Positions 53,586 through 64,000 of a stretch of DNA of 64,000 bases are shown in pieces. The translations under genes and the position numbers were made by a program. Below the pieces are notes generated by a model. That model made no database searches, was not told the origin of the DNA, and saw nothing but the letters and a program-made list of their open reading frames with translations. Source of the stretch: Vermamoeba vermiformis (lineage: Eukaryota). Position 1 is the stretch's first letter. Each line of letters begins with the position of its first letter. The stretch is from contig JBEWZL010000211.1 in NCBI GenBank assembly GCA_045837725.1, forward strand, positions 1-64,000, written 5' to 3'.

Positions 53586-55776
53586 ATGTCATCTGCCAAA
53601 GATAATCGTAGAAATACTCTCGAATTATCGTGTATTAATTGTAGAAAGTGGCATAGCAAATGTAAGGAAACAAATCACTGAATTAATTAAATTATACCTT
53701 AATTAATAATATTTGCCTTTTAAAATACTCTCTCGCATAATAACAATACATTGGTTGTCAATATCTTTAATTTAATTTCTTTAAAAGCCCTCGATTTACA
53801 ATTTAATTTAGGCGATCGGAAGAAACCGACATGTAGCTACTGCATTGAACGCAATATAGCTTGTGTGTACGATAGGCCGCCTAAGAAACGGGGTCCTCGA
53901 GATGGTAAGCCAATTAAACATACGGATGGTGAGTTCTAATTTCTTCCTAAAGCAAAAACCGAGATGCAAGAGGAAATGGAAGTAATCAAAGCAGAAGTAG
54001 AAAAATATACGCAAGCAGCGATATATTGGCAAGCAAAGGCTCGTACAGCGGAACAACAACGGCGAGAAATGCTTTTGTGTTTTACTGGCGGACATCCAGA
54101 AGTAAGTTCTTACCTCAAACCTTTTACATTGTTACTAAATATACGGTAATAGTCGCGAGAGACATTTAAACTCAATAATTCAACGGTTTTTTATTCGCTG
54201 GTGGACATGTACATGTTAGAAGCTTTTCCATCGTACGGAGTCAAACCGCCGTTCAATACTCTCGAAGAATTTAATAACGCCTTGGGTATGTAAATTAAGC
54301 CTATATTTAGTTATAATATTTAACGATGTATTAGACTATTCCCCTCAAAAAGGATTAATGTTCAGTATCCTCGCGAACGCATCTGCTTGCGCCGGCGATG
54401 CAAAGTTACAAGAGCAGTTAGAGTTCGAAACTAAGTACGAATTTATAAAAGGTGCCAAGTAGAATAATATTAATATGAACATATTATATAGAGCGACATT
54501 AGGACCGTTGTTTGATAACAGCAATCACCATGACATACCGATCACTCATTTTCTGATGTCTGAAACCGCTCTCGTAAGTCGCTTCTATAATAGTGGAAGA
54601 TGATGTTAATATGATACTAATATAATATTAACTAGACTATCGGAGATAGAGAAAAATGGATTTTTTATTTTGACATAGCAAGAAGATCCGCCGATAACTT
54701 TGTCAAAAAGTTTCAACATAAAGAAGAAGCTTATCGACTATCAAAAATGACTAAGTACCATGAAGCAGTATCATATGCGTTTGAAGGCAATTGGTAAGAG
54801 ATCCGTAATTAGATCGTCAAAGTGGAAATTGATTATTTTCGTATAGGGCAGCAGGATTGAAAATTATTAATGAATTTTTTAATTATTACGATGTTTCTCA
54901 TCCGAAGACTGATGCGACAATAATGCAGCAAACAGACAAGATGTTTATCAACCTCTTAAAAGTCATGTTCGAAATTGGACTTATGTTGAGCCAAGATGAC
55001 TCGCAGATCACCGTGCAACAGTTTAATACTTGGATTCTATTAATAACTCAATCTGAAAACATCTTGCAAGACATTAAAATACCAGAAAAACTAAGGTACG
55101 AAGATCTTGATATTGAAAAAGTACCAAATTGACGGTTATTTGGCAGGAAAAATACGTCAATGTTGAAGAGCTGTATAAAGACACTGCTTTATCATGCAGG
55201 AAGGCAGCCACACTTCGTTCTAGAAAATATTAGAGAAATTCTTATTGCTGCACGAGATCCGCTTTGTGCTGGAGGCAATTGGACTTCAAAGATCGTCATG
55301 ATAGTCTCTGGATTATGTCTATCTTATGGCTGGCAAGATGAGCTGCGACAGGTAAGAATCGATTTAAATTCATGATTTCCTAATTTGGAAATTCTTAGGC
55401 GCTCGAGATTTTAAAGAGCTGTAGTCATCGTAAGACTATTGCTATGGCAGCCCAGGCCATTGAAAATATAGTGACTCAATATGGTAGCGGTATTTCGTTC
55501 GTAGATTACGTTCGAATGTTGAGCAGTTTTTTCGATCGACGAAGCCCAAATCCGCAAGTCAGTCACGGTGTCATCAGCGTATCTCATCACGGAGAGTTTG
55601 TATATACTCAGTCATCGAGCGACTCTAACAGTCCTGTAAGTCAAGAAGGTAGTGACGGTGCGTCTATGGAAGATTTTCAAGCGAACACATCCGATCTGAC
55701 GCAGGCGTCAGAATACTTGTTGGAGCCTGTACTGACTTCGGATATAGATATAGCTAATTTTAACTTTAGCGAATAA
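53586..55776 (+). CDS. Zn(II)2Cys6 transcription factor (paralog 2)
   Basis: CINCRKWHSKC|DRKKPTCSYCIERNIACVYDRPPKKRGP, with the same exon pattern as 24109..26479. Confidence 0.88.
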
Positions 55777-56107
55777 TAAATGTAAATAGAACAGCGGATT
55801 TTTGTACTCTTAATCCTTTCTTTGGGCAGAGCGGATCATTGCGGAATTTGAGTCCAACAACGGACGTCTAGACGCTTGATGGCATTAAAACTGTTTAGTT
55901 TCAACGTTAATCACTCTACTTGATTGTTGGTTCGGATTTATCACCAGAATCATTCATGCGATTAACCGTAAGATCCGTAACAAGTTTTTTACCAGTCAAA
56001 AACTGAAACACTACACAACCGATGGCACAAATATTGAATTACAGCATCTGAAAACAATAATTTCAAGGAAATTAACGATAAAGAGTTCATCGAACTGAGC
56101 AGTCAGC

Positions 56108-58409
56108 ATGTCGGATGAAACTAGCGTTAGCACAAGTTCAAAAGCAAAAAAATTCTCGTGTAATCGGTGTAAAAAATGGCATTTAAAATGTAAGTAATAT
56201 TGAAAGGCTTGTCAGATAATCAGTATTGCAGATCCCGCCAAGTTTATGATTTTACCAAAAAGTTTAATTAAAGTTAACCTTGATAATAACAATTATTTAT
56301 AATCCCTATATATATTGCGATTATTTTAAATATTAATTTTTTACTTTTAATTCAGGCGATCAGAAAAAACCGACTTGCAGTACTTGTGAAGAAAAGAATG
56401 TGGTTTGTTTGTACGAGAGAAAAACTCGCGAAGGTATTTACACCGTATTCTTTAATTTTCATACAGTCTAATTCGAATTCCAAAACAGGATCTACGATTT
56501 TACTTTCCGACGCGAAGAAAATAGAACAGGAATTAGAACATTTTAGGAAATTAACAGCTTATTGGCAAGAAAAAACACAATATTTATCGCAAGAGCTTCA
56601 AGCATTAAAAAATAGCGACGCACAACTGGCGATCGAGGTAACATTCTTTTTTAATCGCTTAAATTAAGTCTCAAATTAATCTAATAGTATAAATAGTCTG
56701 CAGGAGCATTTAAATTGCATAATTCTTTGCTATTTAATAATCTCCTGGATATCTACATGCTCGAAGAATTTCCGAAACACGAGATCCGACCTCCTTACAC
56801 GAATCTAGAAAGCTTTAGTCAAAATAACGGTAATATAATGGCTATATTATAAATTAGATCTGCATATGGCTAACTTATTCTTGCTAGATCTGTCACCGCA
56901 GAAGGGCTTAATGTACACTATTCTTGCAAACTCTTCGTCATTAGTAGGCGATATAAATTTATACAAACAATTAGTACACGAAGCAAAGTACGTATTGTAT
57001 TATTATTATACTATATTAATGAACGATATTCTTAACAAATTTTTCGTAGAGTTTCATTAGGCCCCTGGTTCGATAACACTAATTTAGAAGTTGCAGCAAG
57101 TCATTTTATTATGTCTGAAGCTCATATAGTAAGATATAAATATTATAATAATTATACGCAGGATATTAACGATGGTGTCAATAGTTTGCGGGAGATGTCG
57201 AAAAAGCAGAATTTTATCGAGAGATTGCAAAAAGAACAGCGATTGATTACTGTCAGAAAAACAAAAACAAAAATGAAGCGCGACACATGCAAAATTTGGT
57301 CAATTTTATGACCGTAACGTATTTATCAACACAACCGAGCGACGCCAACTTGTAAGTACTGGATCTCGGTCTCCAAGAAATTTTAAGACCTCCAATCACT
57401 ACACATTATTAATAGGTGCCGGTCTTAATATACCTCATATTATAGGGAGTTTGGATTAAAGATTGTAAATGAGTTTTATGACTCGTGTTCGACGAGTTTG
57501 AGTGGTAACGGAGAAACAAAACTGCATCGTTTAGGCATTATTTGGATGAAAGTTTTACTGGAAATTAGAGCGTGGATGGCGACACGAAAACCATTGTCAA
57601 TGCGAGATTATAATCGATGGATTGTGTTAATGGACGAAGCAGATCAGAACATCAAAACTGTACCAGACGAGACCAAGTAAGTATTTTATATCTATATATT
57701 TATGGTACCTACTTTCTATTTTAATTGCTACTATTGTAATATATCCAGAAATTTTTATCGTTCCTTACATCCAGAGAAATTTGGTTTAATTGATTGTTTT
57801 TTTCTAGGAGAAATATTCTTATGAACCATGAGTCACTACGAGGGCTATTATATCACGTTGGTAATCAGCCACAATTCCTACGAGAAAGCATTCACGCGGT
57901 GCTAGCAGCAGCTCTGATGCCAAGTAGTGCAACGACATATTGGCCTGCCAAGGCTCTTATGATGGCTGCGGGAATGTGCTTAGTCTATAATTGGCCGGAT
58001 GAATTCCATAGGGTACGGCTGTCGATCTAAAAAATATTTAAAAATATTTTTCTAAGTTATCTTTTAGGCCTATAATTTATTAGAACAGCATAGTAAGCAT
58101 CCAACAGATCTTATAGCGAAAGAAACTATCAAAAACGCCATCGACCAATTCGGATCGACTATTTCATTTTCGCAATTCGCAGAGTTGCTTAAAAGAAACT
58201 TTTCCGGGAAACGATTTCATCCAAAGTATCTCGAAAACAGTTCTGTTATTGGCATAGAAGAGTTAAGCAGTAGCACATCGTCGCCGCTAGATCCGATTTT
58301 ACCGGATCTAACTACGACTTCGCCGATGGAACAAATGCTAGGCGAAGTGCCTGAACCATTCTCGTTCGATTTTGATGCTAGTAATAGCAATCAGTTTGTT
58401 AATATGTAA
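56108..58409 (+). CDS. Zn(II)2Cys6 transcription factor (paralog 3)
   Basis: CNRCKKWHLKC|DQKKPTCSTCEEKNVVCLY, PQKGLMYTILA and GNQPQF. Confidence 0.86.
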
Positions 58410-59089
58410 ACTTGTACATAAACGGCAGGGCCAGTCCCATTTTGTTCGCGTACGTTCAGTCCAACAACCGGTTTATTCCTATTATTCTTTTTAACTATTA
58501 ACATGAAGCACCATGAGTGTAGATTTTATTAAGAGACAATTGGGCTGAGTACTAATGCCTTCGCCGGTACATCCGCGGTAAGTTTCAAACATTTATTAAA
58601 TGTTGGTAAACTGCTATCACTATTTTATACTGGAGATTGATAATAATCAATGCCTTGCTGATTTCTACCACCCTAATTAACCATTATTATTTTATTAAAA
58701 TAAATTAATTTATTTTTAAAATAGTGTTACTGTGGACCACAGCCTTAACGCATCAATAATAGAAATGCGCATATTTATAGATATTTGAGTTATGAAAATT
58801 AATTTCACCCCAAGTCCGGATGTGTATCGCCCTGGTCCAGTTGTGTGAATCAGGTCAACTAAAGCCAGCCGAAATGCACAATTTACTTAACAATTGCGAG
58901 GCCTATTTTAGTGCACCAAATCTGAAGTGGAGCTGGTAAGCCTAGATCCGATCGGATTTCAATTGATTTCGATTGTGTCTTACATCTGTTCGCACTAATT
59001 ATCTGAATTCTAAGCAGCATAATACAAATTAATAATAATCGTTGTTTTTAGGCCGGCAATATAACGCTTGCTCAGGATCTGGCGCCAGA

Positions 59090-62000
59090 ATGTTCAAACC
59101 GCCAATCCTAGTAATTTTATTATTATTAATTTTAAATGAATATTCTCTCGGACAAGTAGCTTATGAAACAGCACACCTTTCATCTGCAAGAAAAGGAATC
59201 GCATCTGTGGAAGCTGACGGATTGATTTATTTTGCTGGTGGATTTGCTTTCAACGAGTTTCCTGCTTCAAAAATACTCGATATTTATGATACAATTAATG
59301 GAAATTGGAGCGCTACAGTACTTCCAGCAGCACGAAGTTACATTACAACTTTAGTGGTCGATCCGAATATTTATTTTATTGGTGGAAGCGATTGGATTAA
59401 TATTCCGTATACTTATTCAACGACACTACGAGATTTTGTGCCTCTTGTAAATTCATCTGGCCCGACAGTTCGTGCCCCGATCCAGATCACACAACTGAAC
59501 TCAACATTAGTACTTGTGGGCGAATTCTCTGTGGACTTTTTGGACTTAATTTCACTCGAATGGAGCTACAGTAATGAATTAACGAGCTTAATCGTGCAAA
59601 ATCCTTCAGCAAACGTCATTGTGGCCGAAGAAGTTGTCATTGTGATCAGTCCACTTCAGTCAACTAGTGCTTGGGTCTATGACCTCAAAACAAAGAATGT
59701 AGCTGAATATACGAACAAGCTTGACGGCTTCTCTTCGCCGTTAACGCAATCTGAAGGATCAAATAGCGTGGTGTTCTTGGTGTTCAACGACAAGTGCCTG
59801 CTTTACAACGTCGCGAAGAAGGACTGGCGAACCTATAATACGACAAATATTCGCGTTGTTACTCACACTGGCGACTACTCTTATGTCCTCGTAGATACAG
59901 TCTATGCTGACAATTGGAACGGATCTGCCCCTGCGACACTGACCACAAGTTACACGTACGCAGCTTCCTTTGGTCCCTACATTGCACTGTACAATGCCCA
60001 GGTCTTCACGCTATACACGAACGATATGAAGTATCACGGCTCCATTTCGTACCTTACTGCTGAAGTGAACTTTGACATGGGTGTGGCGTGGGGCAGCGAC
60101 CGATTCGTGTTCCGTAACTCCGCGATGATGACAATTTTAAACGCTAACGGCATGAATACCACGTCGGAGGGTCCTTTCGGTCCGTCTCTATCAAGAATTT
60201 TTGTCTACGATGACACGACGTTGCTCCTGTTACAAGACTCTTTTCTACACACATATGTGAACGGCGCTGGCCTTACGTTAACTAAAGCAGTCCAATTCGC
60301 ACCAACCTATCTCGTTGGAGATCAAATGCTCACATTAAAACGATCATTCAAGATCCAAGATCGGCAGAGCTCACCTCCGACTTTTCGACCGGCTTCACCA
60401 ACACAACTCTCGTTTCTCAGAAAGGAAATTCCTTCGTGACCGTGTTGCCAACTCCAACGCACGTGTTCTACGAGGCTATGGACGTGTACAATTATAGAAC
60501 TGGTGAATGGACCAATGGCACCGTAGTACCCGTAGAACTGTTCCAAACGGAAACGAACGGCCCTGTTCCGATCACGTTCCTTCCCAGCGCTGTCATTCGC
60601 GACGAGATTTACGTGTGGAGACTCAACACGTTTGCCGTGTACAATGTCACTAAGCAACAATGGACCGTCTCTAACATCTCTGAAGTCACGATCTACCCGG
60701 TCTATGGCCAAGGCAAAATTTTCACGCCCGAACCTGTCATCAACGACGTAGCGTATTTGTACGCGTACCCTGGCAACAATTTTTACGTCGTTGAAAACAG
60801 CCAAGATTTGAACTGGCCCACGACATCTGAAGCGTTTGACAACACCGGACAGTATTCCTTCTCACAACGAGTGGTTTATAACGACAAGATCTACGCGCTC
60901 AGATTCACTAGCGGAAACATATACGATGCAATATTCAATTACAATCCTGCTACTAATATTTGGGACTTGACGATCTTGCCTAAACCAGTGCCGTATGCCT
61001 CGATGATGATTGGCGGAGATTTCCTGATTGTCTTCACGTTGAACTCGACGATCTTCTACTTGTCAATGTCGACAGGCCAGTGGGTCACAATAGATAACTT
61101 CTCGTACAGCTACTTGCCATCGACACGTGTCACGACGAGTACATCAATCATAATCGCTGGAGGAGTCGATCCACTCACGCATTTGAGCACTGATCTTGTG
61201 CTAATATTCGACATCAGTTCATTCGCCTTGCCTCCCGTGGCAGCCAATCAAATAGACGGACCTTCTGTACAATCAACTATTGAAGGACCTATCATCGCAG
61301 CTATTGTCGTGCCAATTGTTGTCGTTGTAGCGGCTGGCGTGGCGGTCCTAATTGTGCTCATACGCAGGCGCGACAAGAAGAGCAAGAGCAGCGTGTCGAT
61401 GGTTGGATTGGAAGCAAAGCACGGACAGTGGTTCACGCCATTCAGCGACATTCAGTTCGGTGATCAGCTCGGTCAAGGAGCGAACGGTCAAGTGTTCAAA
61501 GGTCGTTGGAACAACACTGAAGTCGCATTGAAAGTGAGTATGACACAAGCAAACACGAGCGTCATCTCAGAACTGTCACTGATGATCAACATGCGACCAC
61601 ATCCAAACATTGTTCAACTTCTTGGTTTCAGTGTGCATCCAGAGACCAATAGTATCATCTTGATCCTCGAATACTGCAATGAACGATCGTTGAGTGGTGT
61701 TCTATTTGACACCAACGAAGCGATTGAAATGGAAAAGAAGCTGTCGTGGATCAAGGGTGTTGCCCGAGGCATCAGTCATTTGCACTCGAACAATATCGTG
61801 CATCGAGATATTGCGGCGAGAAACATTCTACTGCGCAACAATGAAGCAAAAGTGACAGACTTTGGCATGAGTCGATTGGTCGATGAACAGCAACAACGAG
61901 GAACAACCAAATCCGAACTTGGTCCAATCAGATGGATGGCTCCTGAAGCGCTAAGAAGCAAAGAATACTCTACGAAGTCTGGTAAGGACCATATTAAACC

Positions 62001-62283
62001 TTAAAAAGCCCGAATAAGCGCGATCTCGTTGGCCCGTGAAAAATTAGTGACTGACACTTTGACACTTTTGACACTTTGTTTCGTTATGTATCGTACTGAC
62101 ATCCTTTGTGTAGATGTATGGTCGTTTGGTATTCTGATGTACGAAGTGATCGCACAACAAGAGCCTCATACCAACGAAGATCCGATCACGATTGGAAGGT
62201 TGATCCGTGATGAAGGAAAAACACCAGAAATACCTTCAACATGTCCACCAGCACTTGCGACACTGTCATTAATTACTTGTTGA
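59090..62283 (+). CDS. Receptor tyrosine kinase with Kelch-like beta-propeller ectodomain; frameshift ~60360, C-terminus truncated
   Basis: Signal peptide, Kelch-like repeats (LSSARKGIASV...IYFAGG...LDIYD...W) and TM helix IIAAIVVPIVVVVAAGVAVLIVLI. Kinase motifs GQGANG, VALK, HRDIAARN, DFG, PIRWMAPE and DVWSFG. Confidence 0.88.
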
Positions 62284-64000
62284 ATATCTTCACTGTTGGG
62301 CAGTACTTTAGTTATTACAACAACAACGCCCTTCACGTGTACAATGGAACTTTTGTGGCCTCTATTCTATTCTCCTTCAATTCGAAGAATATTTTGGCCC
62401 TTGGATCCGCGTTAAGCACCGCAGACTACGTGTTTGCAGATGACAATGTAGTTTATTGGTTCTCAGCACAAAACAGAAATGTCACGTGGTTATTTAACGC
62501 GACTACCTCAGTTTTTCAGATCTTTGCACTTGACAGCAACCGAGCGGCTATTTTTGGCTCAGACGTGACAATGTACATTTATGACATATCACTACGAACA
62601 CTTTCAACGTCCTCGCCGGAGTATCTTCCTCTATATCTAGTTGGCGATCAATTCTTGTCGTGGTCAATGTCATTTTTGGCGTCAACTCCGTCCAGCATTT
62701 CAATGTTCACGAAGGATTTTTCCGCGAAACATTTAGTATCTCAATCGGGAGATTCACTGGTCGTCATGGCTCAATCGTCGAATCCAAAATATTACTCAGG
62801 CATGGATATATACAACTATAGGACCAATCAGTGGACCTTCAATGCGACAGACATGTCAATATTACTCGGTTCATCGTTTGGAACAAATCCAATATTTTTG
62901 CAATTTTTTGCTGCAGCGCTAATCAACGACGAAGTATACTTATGGAATCAAGCCAAATTTGCCATATTTAACTTGACCAGTACCCAATTTGTTTCGGTAG
63001 AAACCACATCCACGAACATTGACCCGTTATTCGGCGAAGGATCGATTTTTGCATTAGAACCAGTCATTGACAAGTCAATCTATCTCCACAGTGGCGGAAA
63101 TGATTTTTTCTATCAAATTGACAGTCAAACTTTGAACCAAACGACCACGGTCCCAATAGCTGCAAATGACGGAACTGGCCAATCACAATCACTCTTGCAA
63201 CAACGACTAACGTACAACAACAAGATTTACGCACTAAGATACAGTACATCAACGTTGCTGTACGATGCAATATTTTATTACGATCCAGCTGCTAGTCGTT
63301 GGACTCGACTTTGTTGCCATTTGCAGTTACGCATGCAGCAATGACAATCGCTGAAGATCTGATTGTAGTGTTCACATCCAACTCGTCGCTGTATTATTAT
63401 TACATACCCACCGGCGACTGGAACAAAATCGACTTCCTGTACAATTTTATTCCTTCTGTGGCGAGCGTCAGTGCCTCGAAGATCGTCATCGGCGGAGGTC
63501 TGGATCCGCTCACGAACACTTTCAACGATCAAGTCGTAGTGCTGAACATCACTCAATTGAGCTCTATGATGCAGACGAATACTCCATCGGTCAATCAAAC
63601 TACACCCTCCGCTGGTGGACTGGCCAGCGATAGTCCTATCATTGCAGCTATTGTCGTGCCAATCGTCGTAGTTGTAGCTGCTGGCGTGGCTGTGCTAGTA
63701 GTACTCATTCGCAAGCGTGACAAGAAGAAGAAGAACGACGTCACTACAGTTGGATTAGAAGCAAAGTACGGACAGTGGTTCACTCCATTCAGCGACATTC
63801 AGTTCGGTGATCAGCTCGGTCAAGGTGCAAATGGTCAAGTGTTCAAAGGTCGTTGGAACAACACTGAAGTTGCATTGAAAGTGAGTATGACACAAGCAAA
63901 CACGAGTGTAATTTCAGAACTGTCACTGATGATCAACATGCGACCACATCCAAACATTGTTCAACTTCTTGGTTTCAGTGTTCATCCCGAGACCGATTCA
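62256..64000 (+). CDS. Second tandem receptor tyrosine kinase, 5'-truncated, frameshift ~63306, runs off the window
   Basis: The ectodomain aligns to the first kinase (MDIYNYRT, QR..YN.KIYALR, GG.DPLT). The TM helix is closely similar and the kinase N-lobe DNA is near-identical. Confidence 0.82.

Overview
This is compact, intron-rich eukaryotic nuclear DNA with about 24 protein-coding loci and mostly 50-150 bp GT-AG introns. The source is most likely an amoebozoan-type protist. That is an inference from a Bmp-domain family-3 GPCR, Zn2Cys6 factors, HRDIAARN receptor tyrosine kinases and a retained U12-type intron. Housekeeping genes are NDUFS4, PSMA1, RPA12, AGL, an SRP54 fragment, TEX10/Ipi1, PEPD and an ACAP-type ArfGAP. 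Accessory genes include an ArsS-like radical SAM enzyme, a MAPEG protein, a DUF326 copper-storage-like protein, a UBC-F-box fusion, a RAMA-like/trypsin-like protease fusion, three Zn2Cys6 paralogs, secreted orphans and two tandem receptor kinases. The most striking non-coding signal is that three unusually long AGL introns each hold a candidate RNA gene. One is a tRNA-like (CAT) cassette repeated almost identically in a PEPD intron. One is a 67-nt panhandle with a DUSE-like promoter element and a T8 terminator. The third is a multi-hairpin ending in a T-run. Five frameshifts and two abrupt gene junctions suggest assembly errors or real decay. All gene models and folds were made by eye and no database searches were run.
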